Source of the DNA: Bermanella sp. WJH001
GTDB taxonomy: Bacteria; Pseudomonadota; Gammaproteobacteria; Pseudomonadales; Oceanobacteraceae
Length of the DNA: 32,000 nt
Reading direction: 5' to 3'
NCBI RefSeq assembly: GCF_030070105.2
Contig: NZ_CP194951.1
Coordinates: forward strand, 537,981 to 569,980
The first letter of the stretch is position 1, and every line of letters starts with the position of its first letter. Shown piece after piece: positions 8,822 through 17,652 of this stretch. A program made the translations under genes and the position numbers. Under the pieces are notes generated by a model, which did not search any database, was not told the DNA's origin, and worked only from the letters and a program-made list of their open reading frames with translations.

Positions 8822-10186
8822 ATGTTAATGAAGAAAACGTTAATCGGGTCAGCCATTGCGCTGACCCTAGCTGCCGGCAACGTGCTGGCAGCGGTATCAG
8901 CTACAGAAGCAGCCCGTTTAGGTAAAGACCTGACGCCAATGGGTGCTGAGAAAAATGGTAACGGTGGTGCCATCCCAGCTTGGACGGGTGGCATTGAGTC
9001 GCCAGCTGGCTTTAAAGTGGGCAGCAAGCACATTGACCCATTTGCTGGTGATAAAGTGCAGTTCACCATTACGGCTCAAAACTACACCAAGTACGCAGCA
9101 AACTTGACCGAAGGTCAGATTGCTATGTTTAAGAAATACCCAGAAACCTACAAAATGCCGGTTTATCAAACTCGCCGTAGTTCTGCGTACCCACAAAACG
9201 TGTATGACAAGACTAAAGAGAACGCCACGGCCACTAAGCTAGTTGGCGGTGGTAATGGTTTGTCTAACTATGATGTGGGTGTACCGTTCCCAATTCCAGC
9301 GGATGGCATTGAAGTGATTTGGAATCACATTGTACGTTACCGTGGTGGTAGTGTGAGCCGTGTGGTTGGTCAAGCCACTCCACAGCCAAACGGTACTTAC
9401 ACCATGGTGAAGTTTAAAGATGAATTCACCTTTAAAAACAAACTGTCTGACTATGATCCAGCAACCATGAAAGACAACAATATCTTGTTTTATTTCAAGC
9501 AAGATGTTGTGTCACCTGCTCGTTTAGCGGGTAACGTTTTACTTGTTCACGAAACACTAGACCAAGTAAAAGAGCCGCGTAAAGCATGGATCTATAACGC
9601 AGGTCAGCGTCGTGTTCGTCGTGCACCTCAGGTAGCCTATGACGGTCCAGGTACTGCATCTGATGGTCTTCGTACTTCTGATAACTTCGATATGTATAAC
9701 GGTGCACCTGACCGTTACACTTGGAAGTTGATTGGTAAAAAAGAAGTCTACATTCCATACAACTCTTATAAGCTAAACTCTGGCGACCTTAAATATGATG
9801 ACATCATCAAAGCGGGTCACATTAACCAAGATCTAACTCGTTACGAGTTGCACCGTGTATGGCATGTTGAAGCGACACTTAAAGATGGCCAGCGTCATAT
9901 TTATGGTAAGCGTACCTTCTATATTGATGAAGATACTTGGCAAGCCACTGAAATTGACCATTTCGACGGCCGTGGTGAGTTATGGCGTGTAGCAGAAGCA
10001 CACAACATTTACTTCTATGATCGTAAAGTGCCTTGGTACACCATCGAAACATTATATGACTTGCAGTCTGGTCGTTACCTAGCACTTGGTCTAGATAACG
10101 AAGAAACCAAGCCATATGACTTTGGTTTTACTCGTAGTGAAAAAGATTACACCCCAGCAGCGCTTCGCCGCTCAGGTGTGCGTTAA
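8822..10186 (+). CDS. DUF1329-family (LolA-like fold) periplasmic/outer-membrane protein
   Basis: The signal peptide is MLMKKTLIGSAIALTLAAGNVLA. The hallmark GKDLTPMGAEKNGNGGAIPAWTGG is typical of DUF1329 as I recall it. An AAGGA Shine-Dalgarno is present, and the gene lies 42 nt after the DUF1302 gene. Confidence 0.85.
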   Translation: MLMKKTLIGSAIALTLAAGNVLAAVSATEAARLGKDLTPMGAEKNGNGGAIPAWTGGIESPAGFKVGSKHIDPFAGDKVQFTITAQNYTKYAANLTEGQIAMFKKYPETYKMPVYQTRRSSAYPQNVYDKTKENATATKLVGGGNGLSNYDVGVPFPIPADGIEVIWNHIVRYRGGSVSRVVGQATPQPNGTYTMVKFKDEFTFKNKLSDYDPATMKDNNILFYFKQDVVSPARLAGNVLLVHETLDQVKEPRKAWIYNAGQRRVRRAPQVAYDGPGTASDGLRTSDNFDMYNGAPDRYTWKLIGKKEVYIPYNSYKLNSGDLKYDDIIKAGHINQDLTRYELHRVWHVEATLKDGQRHIYGKRTFYIDEDTWQATEIDHFDGRGELWRVAEAHNIYFYDRKVPWYTIETLYDLQSGRYLALGLDNEETKPYDFGFTRSEKDYTPAALRRSGVR

Positions 10187-10213
10187 TTAGCTCCGGTTAA
10201 TTAGCTTTTGTGA

Positions 10214-10246
10214 AAGCCCTTGTTCTTGGACAAGGGCTTTTTTATT
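10214..10246 (+). terminator. Rho-independent terminator of the lipase-DUF1302-DUF1329 operon
   Basis: A 9-bp stem AGCCCTTGT/ACAAGGGCT with a 6-nt loop is followed by TTTTTTATT. It is immediately preceded by the TTTTGTGAAAG 11-mer. Confidence 0.8.
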
Positions 10247-10426
10247 GCCTTGTTGTACGTAAAGTAATGCTGAGTTAACCCAAATGGATTGGGTGATTTG
10301 CGCCATTGTTGCCAAATCACAATCTATTCTTGATATTGCTAATGCTAAGTGTTCTTATGCAAAGAGCTGGCGTATTCCGTCTGAGCATATAGATTAAAAA
10401 ATAATAAGAATATCTGGGGATTAGTT

Positions 10427-13129
10427 GTGTTTTCCATTGAAAACTCTGTCGTTAAAACTCTCTCTGAAAGCCGTGTGCGTGTTTTGGCAATGAAGCTTCA
10501 ATTGCCATTGTTACCTCTGCACTTTATTCGCCGTGACTCGGTGATGGAAAAACTGGATAAAGCCTCCCAATCTCGCTTTTTTGTATTTGAAGCAGCCGCC
10601 GGTTATGGCAAGTCATTATCTTTAGCGCAATGGCTTCACCAAAAAAAACAACACAAAGAAGCGGTTGCTTGGCTAACCCTTGATCCAAAAGAAAACGACC
10701 CCTTTCGTTTATTAACATACCTTATTTGTGCCATTCATTCTGCTGATAATAAAAGTGTTCCAAAGACACTTAAGGCATTGGAGGAAGCAAAATCAATTGA
10801 TGAAATAGTGACTTTATTGCATCTTGAGTTGGCAGCCATTTCCCATGTTTTGCATTTGGCATTAGATGATATTCACCATATCAGCAGTGAAGAAAGTTTA
10901 GAGTTAATAGAGCAGCTCGTCGCTCATACCCCCGCCAATTTAAAAATATACTTTACCGCCACATCGTTATTTCCAATTGATATGTCACGTGCAATTGGCC
11001 AAGGACAATGTGTGTTTATTGATGAGAAGAATCTGGCCTTAAATAAAGAAGAAGCAAAACAGTGGCTGAGTTATGCGATTAAAGCGCCACTTGAAGAAAA
11101 TCAAATTAACGACATCTTTTTACAAAGCGAAGGCTGGTTTACAGGTTTGGTTTTGATTAAGTATTTATATGAAAACGATCAGCCTACGAAGGTCAAAGGT
11201 GATGAAAAAATCATTACAGACTATTTTGAACAACAGTGGCGCCCATCAATAAATGAAGATGAATATGTGCTGTGTAGTCAATTGTCCCACATAGGAAAAG
11301 CCAGTGGCTTATATTTGGATGCGGTATATGAAACATCGGACAGCCAAACCCTATTAGGTTCTTTAACTAAAAAGCATGCCCTAGTGATTGCCGATAAAGA
11401 ACGCAACAGCTGGTATCACGTTCACCCACTTTTAAGTGCTTATTTATCGAATTTAAGTGATGGTCTTGCTCGGGTTTCAGAATTAGAAAAAGCCAGCGTT
11501 TGGCTTAATCAACATGGTTATTATGTTGAGGCGGTGGAGATGGCTCTAAAAGCAGGAAATAAGCAGCAAGCCGCGCAATTACTGCAAACAACCGCTGAAA
11601 CGATTTTAGAAGAACAAGACATTGCTCAATTGCTGCAATGGAAAAAACAATTACCCGATGATGTGATTACCGTCTCGCCACGCTTGGTCATTATTTTTAG
11701 TTGGACTTTAGCGTTTGCACAACAACTTGATGATGCCGAGCGTTTGATGGCACAAATGGATCGCTTTTTAGTGACAGGTAGCGGTGCCATTACCGACGGT
11801 GTATCCGGACAATTATTTGCAATACGGGCTTACATTGCCCGTTGTCGTGGCAAAATCAGTAACGCGATTCAGTTGTGTAAGCAAGCTCTGGATAAGTTAG
11901 ACGATACAAACTACGTCGCAAAATCTGTTACTTATTTTAACTTATCCAATGTCTATATGACGTTGAACAAGGTGAGTGAAGCCCGTCATTATAATCGGCT
12001 ATCATTTGAGACTGCTCGTGCAGTGGGCAGCATACATTTAGAGATGCTTGCCCTGCATGAACAGGCTCGTATCGAGCAAGTGAAAGGTAACTTATACCTA
12101 GCAGAAAAAATATTAAACGAAGGATTGGCTTTGTCTGAAAGGCTACCCAATCGCAATAAAGCGGCAGCTTATGGAAGGTTGCTTGTTTATAAGGGTTATA
12201 TCGTTTGGTTGCGCAACCATAAAGATGAAGCAGAGCAACTATTATTACAAGGCATTGAAATATCAGAGCAATGCCATGACTCCTACATCATCATGGGTTA
12301 TGTATTACTGAATAACTTAGCGCGCCAGCGTGGCCAAATCGAAAAAGCATACGATTATTTATCCAAGGTAGAAGCGATACTGCAATATTGGTCGGTACCT
12401 GGATTTATATACCAGCCTTGGCTGTCTACCATGCGTGTCAACTTATTGATTGATGAAAACAAAATTGACACCGCTCAGGCAAACCTTAAGCATTTACAAG
12501 GTTTGCTTGAGCAAAATGAATATGCGCTTTCGCCAGAACATTATCCGGACCTCAAAGGTTTGGTCGAAGTATTTTCAGTCAGAGCCAAGTCAATTGCAGG
12601 CCAGCATAAAACGGCCCTTAAGCAACTGGATAAAAAACTAGAAGGTGGCTCTCAAGACCAGCAAGGTTTTTCAATGATCTTTATCTATTTGATGCGCGCA
12701 TTGTTGCGTTATCAATTGGGTCAGGAAGATAATGCGCTACAAGACTTCCGCAAGGCCATATCCATGGCAGAAAAGAATTTTTGTATTATGCCGTTTATTG
12801 AATATAGCCCAGGCATGGCGGCGCTGTATCAACAACTGCCAAGCAATATCAAACAAAAAGAGTTCATTCGAACCATCCTAAGTAATATTGAGCTAAATGA
12901 CCAAGGTCATCACAATCAGGCCTTTGCTCAAATTCGCAGTATCATTAGTCAACGGGAGTTAGCCGTACTTAAGCTCATTGCAGAAGGTCTTAGCAACCAA
13001 GAGATTGCTGAGCGCTTGTTTATTAGCTTACATACAGTGAAAACCCATGCACGACGCATTAATGGCAAGCTGGCGGTTAAGAGTCGCACCCAAGCCATTA
13101 TCAAAGCACGAGAGATCGGCGTGATTTAG
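10427..13129 (+). CDS. MalT-type STAND ATPase / LuxR-family transcriptional activator
   Basis: The roughly 900-aa protein aligns at its N-terminus with E. coli MalT ([21 protein letters not shown]...[15 protein letters not shown]-loop). It has a long helical/TPR-like middle and a C-terminal LuxR HTH ([39 protein letters not shown]). The GTG at 10427 has GGGGA 6 nt upstream; ATG 10490 is an alternative start. Confidence 0.85.
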   Translation: MFSIENSVVKTLSESRVRVLAMKLQLPLLPLHFIRRDSVMEKLDKASQSRFFVFEAAAGYGKSLSLAQWLHQKKQHKEAVAWLTLDPKENDPFRLLTYLICAIHSADNKSVPKTLKALEEAKSIDEIVTLLHLELAAISHVLHLALDDIHHISSEESLELIEQLVAHTPANLKIYFTATSLFPIDMSRAIGQGQCVFIDEKNLALNKEEAKQWLSYAIKAPLEENQINDIFLQSEGWFTGLVLIKYLYENDQPTKVKGDEKIITDYFEQQWRPSINEDEYVLCSQLSHIGKASGLYLDAVYETSDSQTLLGSLTKKHALVIADKERNSWYHVHPLLSAYLSNLSDGLARVSELEKASVWLNQHGYYVEAVEMALKAGNKQQAAQLLQTTAETILEEQDIAQLLQWKKQLPDDVITVSPRLVIIFSWTLAFAQQLDDAERLMAQMDRFLVTGSGAITDGVSGQLFAIRAYIARCRGKISNAIQLCKQALDKLDDTNYVAKSVTYFNLSNVYMTLNKVSEARHYNRLSFETARAVGSIHLEMLALHEQARIEQVKGNLYLAEKILNEGLALSERLPNRNKAAAYGRLLVYKGYIVWLRNHKDEAEQLLLQGIEISEQCHDSYIIMGYVLLNNLARQRGQIEKAYDYLSKVEAILQYWSVPGFIYQPWLSTMRVNLLIDENKIDTAQANLKHLQGLLEQNEYALSPEHYPDLKGLVEVFSVRAKSIAGQHKTALKQLDKKLEGGSQDQQGFSMIFIYLMRALLRYQLGQEDNALQDFRKAISMAEKNFCIMPFIEYSPGMAALYQQLPSNIKQKEFIRTILSNIELNDQGHHNQAFAQIRSIISQRELAVLKLIAEGLSNQEIAERLFISLHTVKTHARRINGKLAVKSRTQAIIKAREIGVI

Positions 13130-13193
13130 CGTTCGCACTTGGCAATTATTCGTTCATGAGCTAAACCTAAATAATAATCATAGGTATAGAATC

Positions 13194-14369
13194 ATGGATG
13201 GCGACAACATTATCTCTATATTAAGTGAACGCCCACGGCTATTGGATGATAGCCTTGGAAAGCGTTACACACTTAAGCAATATCCCATTGAAGCTCAACT
13301 ATTAAGTAAGCTTGACCCTGACACCAAGCTGATTGTTTTAGATTTTATTGAGCACGGCCCAGAAGCATTAGAATTGATCAAAAACATCCGAAATAAAGGT
13401 GGTTTTGATCAAGTACCCATTATTGTATTAGAAGGGGAGCACCTTCATCACTCAAGCATTCAAGCCTTTGAGATGGGCTGCGATGACATCATTGATAAAG
13501 GGGTCAATGAAGCTGAGATAGCTCTTCGCTGCGAAAAACTCATCTTCAACAAAATCGCCAGTGATCAACTACAAGCTCAGGTTAAACAAGCCACTGAGCT
13601 GGCCTTTATTGCCATGTCAGATACTTCTGACTTGGGTATTAACATTCAGTTTTTACTTGAAGTACATCAATGCAGTAATTTAGACGAATTGGGCATGCGG
13701 CTTTTACAAGCAGTCAATGCTTACGGACTAAAAGCAAGTGTCCAGCTACGAAGTGAAATGGGCACAAAAAACATGGAAGCCTCAGGCATGGAGCGTGAGT
13801 TAGAATCAAAGCTAATGTGGGAGCTAAAGGATGACGGGCGCTACATTGACTTTGGCAAACGCAGCGTGATGAATTACGAGCAAGTTTCAGTGTTAGTCAA
13901 AGACATGCCGGTTGATGATGAAAAAAAATACGGCGCTTTAAAAGATAACCTGTTTTCGTTATTGCAAGGTGCAGATGCAAGACTAAAAGCACTAGAAAAT
14001 GTACAACAAGTGGAAGATCAGCAACAAATGGTCAGAAGCTTATCCATCAAAATGCAAAATATGATGGAAGACATTGATGATGGTTATCAAAGCGTGATGA
14101 AAAGCATCGCGGATGTGGTTGAAAACATGTCAGATGGAATAAATGAAGTGATCATGAATCTTGCTTTGCATGAAGAACAAGAACGTGCCTTAGAAAAAGT
14201 AATGGAATACGGGTTGCAAACCACAAATGCAATATTTTCTAAAGGCTTGCAACTAGATGAGGATTTCCAAAACGTAATTAAAGAGCTCGGCGTCTTTTTA
14301 TCAAATGATAAAGTGAAATTTACCGCCGAGCAGCGCAAGAAATTATTAAAAATCATCAATGAAAGCTAA
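13194..14369 (+). CDS. Atypical receiver (REC)-like domain protein with uncharacterised coiled-coil C-terminal domain
   Basis: Residues of about 6-120 follow the CheY-fold pattern. The phospho-acceptor-position Asp (LIVLDF) and conserved Lys (IIDKG) are present. The N-terminal acidic pair is replaced (ISILSERP). The remaining roughly 270 aa match no family I recognise. Confidence 0.6.
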   Translation: MDGDNIISILSERPRLLDDSLGKRYTLKQYPIEAQLLSKLDPDTKLIVLDFIEHGPEALELIKNIRNKGGFDQVPIIVLEGEHLHHSSIQAFEMGCDDIIDKGVNEAEIALRCEKLIFNKIASDQLQAQVKQATELAFIAMSDTSDLGINIQFLLEVHQCSNLDELGMRLLQAVNAYGLKASVQLRSEMGTKNMEASGMERELESKLMWELKDDGRYIDFGKRSVMNYEQVSVLVKDMPVDDEKKYGALKDNLFSLLQGADARLKALENVQQVEDQQQMVRSLSIKMQNMMEDIDDGYQSVMKSIADVVENMSDGINEVIMNLALHEEQERALEKVMEYGLQTTNAIFSKGLQLDEDFQNVIKELGVFLSNDKVKFTAEQRKKLLKIINES

Positions 14370-14380
14370 GTGCTGTGCAC

Positions 14381-15316
14381 TTAGCGATTCAATGCCCCGC
14401 AGCTATGCATATCTGAAAAATCCACATTCCAAGGTTGTTCTGAACGCAGTTCCTCCACAATAAAGTCCACAAACGATCTGACCTTTACACTTAAATGGCG
14501 GTTGCTTGGATAAAGCGCGTGTATTGGTGTACTGGTATTAGACCAATCACAAAGCAAAGGAATCAAACGGCCAGCTTTAATATCTTCTGCACACAAAAAT
14601 GCCGGTAAGCGAGAAACCCCTAAGCCATTAAGCGCCATTTTCCGCATGCTTAAGGCATCGTTTACTTGCACCTTTGGTTTTAAATCAACACTCACGGCTT
14701 CTGGTGTATCGTATTCCCAAGTATTACGTGCGCTCCAACCAAGGGTTGTGTGCTCATATAATTCTTTAGGGTGACTTGGAGAGCCGTGTTTTTCTATGTA
14801 TGCAGGGCTTGCACAAGTTACCGTTTGCACGCTGCCAAGAGAGCGGGCAATTAATGATGAATCGGCAAGGTGGCCCACACGAAAAGCCACATCGATGCCT
14901 TCTTGTATTAAATCCAATGGTTGATCGGTTAACACGATGTCTAGCTGGATCTCAGGATTCTTTTGTAAAAACTCCGACACAAGATCACTTAGCACCTCGG
15001 CGCCAAACAACATGGGGGCGGTGATGCGCAGTAAACCTTTAGGCTTGGACTGCATCTCAGTGACCGCAATGTTGGCTTCTTCCACATCACCAATAATGCG
15101 TGAGCATTGATTGTAATAGGCACTGCCAGTATCCGTTAAGCTTAACGTGCGTGTGGTGCGCTGAAGTAAGCGCACGCCAAGGCGTTCTTCAAGCTGCGTG
15201 ATCTTTCGGCTCACGGTGGATTTAGGTAGTCCAAGGTTTTTAGCGGCTCCTGTAAAGCTGCCCGCATCGACGACTTTAACGAAGATGGCAATTTCGTTGA
15301 GATCAAATTGTTCCAT
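14381..15316 (-). CDS. LysR-family transcriptional regulator
   Basis: The N-terminal winged HTH is FVKVVDAGSFTGAAKNLGLPKSTVSRKITQLEERLGVRLLQRTTR, followed by a LysR substrate-binding-type C-terminus. The gene is divergent from the FadL gene. Confidence 0.9.
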   Translation of the reverse strand: MEQFDLNEIAIFVKVVDAGSFTGAAKNLGLPKSTVSRKITQLEERLGVRLLQRTTRTLSLTDTGSAYYNQCSRIIGDVEEANIAVTEMQSKPKGLLRITAPMLFGAEVLSDLVSEFLQKNPEIQLDIVLTDQPLDLIQEGIDVAFRVGHLADSSLIARSLGSVQTVTCASPAYIEKHGSPSHPKELYEHTTLGWSARNTWEYDTPEAVSVDLKPKVQVNDALSMRKMALNGLGVSRLPAFLCAEDIKAGRLIPLLCDWSNTSTPIHALYPSNRHLSVKVRSFVDFIVEELRSEQPWNVDFSDMHSCGALNR

Positions 15317-15337
15317 GGTAATGCCCGTTTAAAATCT

Positions 15338-15365
15338 ATTACTGTTCGTATTGTGGAACAATAAT
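15338..15365. promoter_or_regulatory. Imperfect inverted repeat ATTACTGTTC-N8-GAACAATAAT (candidate LysR-type operator)
   Basis: Read directly from the sequence, with 9 of 10 arm positions complementary. It lies 22 nt upstream of the LysR start in the LysR/FadL divergent region. A separate 12-bp perfect palindrome GTACATATGTAC lies at 15392-15403. Confidence 0.35.
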
Positions 15366-15602
15366 CCCGTTCGCGCCAGTTCTTTTTAATGGTACATATG
15401 TACTCTATATTTTATTGGCTTGATTGTTTATTGATCAAATTAGTATAAAACAGTGAGTTTTTAGTTAAATTTCAGTGGTGGCTTCTTTTGTCCATTGGCA
15501 TACTTCGGCGCAATTTTTCCAATTATAAAAATAAACGTGGAAGACAGGGCCGTACAGATTTTAGTTACGGCGTACTCTAGCTTGTTAAATAAGGTGAATA
15601 TC

Positions 15603-17153
15603 GTGATCAACAAAAAAATAGCACTAAGATCAGCGATCGTGGCGGCGAGCATCCTGCCATCTCTTGCAATGGCCTCTGGTTATAAACTAAACGAACAATC
15701 TGCTGCTGGTATGGGTACTGCCCACGCTGGCCGCGCAGCCATGGCTGACGACGCGTCTGTTGTATTCTACAACCCAGCGGCCATGACTGAATTAGACCGT
15801 GCACAACTAACGGCTGGTTTTACTTACATTAAAGGTCACGGTGAGTTCACTGGTAATGCTACAAATGCTGGTGGCTTTGATATTACAGGCGCGGATGATT
15901 CAGATCCTTACTCTGACGGTGGTAATTACCTAGGCGAGTCATTCATCCCATTCTTCTACTATGCGCGCCCAATTAATGAGAAGTTGTCTGTGGGCCTTGG
16001 TGTATTTACTCCATTTGGCACCAAAACCAACTATGAAGATGACTTTGTAGGTGGTGGTTTTGCAGATGAAACTTCACTTATCTCTTTAGAGTTAGCCCCT
16101 ACTTTTGCTTACAAGGTAAATGAGCAATTAAGTATCGGTGGTGGTCTTGATATCGTTTATATGGAAGGTTTGCTATCCAAGTTTGTTGACACGGTTCCTT
16201 ATAGTGCGCAACTAGCTGGACTTTATGCTCAAACAGAAGCAGCAGGTGGTGACGGTGATGCAGCTCTTAAAAATCAGGGCTTAGCGCAAGGTGAAAACTC
16301 TCCTCTTATAGATTCAACAAATGCCGGCTTTGAAAACCATTACGAAGTAAAAGGCGACGACTGGGGTATTGGTTGGAATTTTGCGGCTTATTATGAGCTA
16401 AGTGAAAAAACAACACTTGGCTTCACTTATCGTTCAGAAATTGAATTTGAACTTGAAGGTGATTCGAAGTTTGATGGTGCGGATACTTTCTATGTTTACT
16501 CTCAAGCAAACGATGCCAAAGTACCAGTTGGTGCTTTACTGGGGACAGCGCAAACATCTATTGCACCACAAGCCTCAAAAGTACCTTTAACCACTCCTGC
16601 TTCAGCAACTTTAGCGGTAACTCACCAGTTCAACGATGAGTTGCTACTTCAAGCGGGCGCAACTTGGACGGGTTGGTCTTCATTTCAATCATTTGATGTG
16701 ATTGCTACAGAAGACACTGCGGGTCTAGCTGATGGTGTTGCTCACATATCGGATATTTCAGAATTAAACGGTCTTGAAGACGGTTATATCGGTCACATTG
16801 ATGAGCGTTGGGTGGATGTATGGGCGGTTGCGTTTGGTGGTACTTACCAGCTAAACGACAAACTAGCACTGCGTGCCGGTTACGCTTATGACCAATCTCC
16901 AGTGCGTGATGAATACCGTACTGCCCGTGTGCCTTCTTCTGACCGTCAGTGGGTAACACTGGGTGCGGGTTATACTGTTAACCAAGATCTGTCTTTTGAT
17001 GTAGCGGCGGGTTACTTGTTCATGTACCCAATGGACTTGAATGAAGTAAACAAGGATCTTGATAACAACCCTACTTCTAGTAAAGCCAGTGTAACAGGCG
17101 AATACGAAATCGACGTATTTGGTTTGTCTGCTCAGGTGAACTACAAGTTCTAA
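15603..17153 (+). CDS. fadL: FadL/OmpP1/TodX-family outer-membrane long-chain fatty acid or hydrophobic compound channel
   Basis: After the signal peptide (INKKIALRSAIVAASILPSLAMA), the mature N-terminus SGYKLNEQSAAGMGTAHAGRAA matches the FadL hatch motif. The protein ends with a terminal Phe (VNYKF). The proposed start is GTG 15603, with AGGTGA 5 nt upstream. The track ORF from 15495 adds a non-signal extension. Confidence 0.9.
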   Translation: MINKKIALRSAIVAASILPSLAMASGYKLNEQSAAGMGTAHAGRAAMADDASVVFYNPAAMTELDRAQLTAGFTYIKGHGEFTGNATNAGGFDITGADDSDPYSDGGNYLGESFIPFFYYARPINEKLSVGLGVFTPFGTKTNYEDDFVGGGFADETSLISLELAPTFAYKVNEQLSIGGGLDIVYMEGLLSKFVDTVPYSAQLAGLYAQTEAAGGDGDAALKNQGLAQGENSPLIDSTNAGFENHYEVKGDDWGIGWNFAAYYELSEKTTLGFTYRSEIEFELEGDSKFDGADTFYVYSQANDAKVPVGALLGTAQTSIAPQASKVPLTTPASATLAVTHQFNDELLLQAGATWTGWSSFQSFDVIATEDTAGLADGVAHISDISELNGLEDGYIGHIDERWVDVWAVAFGGTYQLNDKLALRAGYAYDQSPVRDEYRTARVPSSDRQWVTLGAGYTVNQDLSFDVAAGYLFMYPMDLNEVNKDLDNNPTSSKASVTGEYEIDVFGLSAQVNYKF

Positions 17154-17192
17154 TTTGAACTTTAGAAATGTTTTAAACAAGTTGTCTCTTGT

Positions 17193-17228
17193 GCGCATCT
17201 CAGCTTAGCTGGGGTGCGCTTTTTTTTG
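17193..17228 (+). terminator. Rho-independent terminator after fadL
   Basis: A 12-bp stem GCGCATCTCAGC/GCTGGGGTGCGC (2 G-U pairs) with a TTA loop is followed by T8. Confidence 0.8.
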
Positions 17229-17280
17229 CCTGTTGTTTTTGTATTAGCAATGAAGGTAAGTTTTGTGAAAGCTTGATACT

Positions 17281-17344
17281 TGTGGGAGGGCGCTCGCGCG
17301 CGACATTCATATCTTAGTTTGTCGCGCGCGAGCGCCCTCCCACA
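17281..17344. repeat. 24-bp perfect GC-rich palindrome (REP-like) with 16-nt loop
   Basis: The arms are TGTGGGAGGGCGCTCGCGCGCGAC and GTCGCGCGCGAGCGCCCTCCCACA. The arm core GTCGCGCGCGAGCGC resembles GACGCGCGCAGCGC of the dispersed element. TTTTGTGAAAG lies 10 nt upstream. Confidence 0.9.
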
Positions 17345-17571
17345 TTGTTATGAATAACATTATTACATTCGGCTTTGAGTCATTACTTAATACCAGCTTA
17401 ATATGTTGTGGCAAAGAGGATTTCTAGGCGGTTTTTCGAGAGGGGTTATGCCGCTTTCTTTTGGTGCACTCAAAAGATTAGACGAAATACGCATTAAATT
17501 TGTGCTGTCTTTTGATGCTTGGGTGCACAAGGGTAGGGCGGTGAGATAGGGTAGAGTCTTTAATCTAGCTC

Positions 17572-17584
17572 TAAGCTATTGATT
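17572..17584 (+). promoter_or_regulatory. IHF-consensus site TAAGCTATTGATT
   Basis: It is a perfect match to the reverse complement of WATCAANNNNTTR. It lies between the upstream GTGCAC repeats and the sigma-54 element. Confidence 0.4.
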
Positions 17585-17601
17585 TTACTTGAATATAAAA
17601 T

Positions 17602-17617
17602 TGGTACGAGGATTGCT
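17602..17617 (+). promoter_or_regulatory. Sigma-54 (-24/-12) promoter TGGTACGAGGATTGCT
   Basis: It matches TGGCACG-N4-TTGCW at every specified position except one (C to T at position 4). The GG-N10-GC spacing is correct. It lies 36-48 nt upstream of the 17653/17665 start codons. Confidence 0.55.
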
Positions 17618-17652
17618 AAATGTAAATATCATTTATTTAAAGTGGCACAAAA

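Noticed and set aside
14366-14384. Hairpin CTAAGTGC-TGT-GCACTTAG in which the stop codons of the convergent REC-like and LysR genes pair with each other
   Set aside because: The hairpin is real in the sequence, but it is short, lacks U-tracts on either side and is plausibly coincidental. It is at most a weak convergent terminator.
15461-15804. ORFs 15461-15652 and 15607-15804 (-)
   Set aside because: They overlap the fadL promoter and signal-peptide region in antisense. They have no RBS, and their hydrophobic or low-complexity translations are typical of shadow frames.
17448-17549. 33-aa ORF (MPLSFGALKRLDEIRIKFVLSFDAWVHKGRAVR) and 25-aa ORF at 17351-17428
   Set aside because: The Shine-Dalgarno spacing is too short or absent. 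The region is better explained as the upstream activator region of the sigma-54 promoter.
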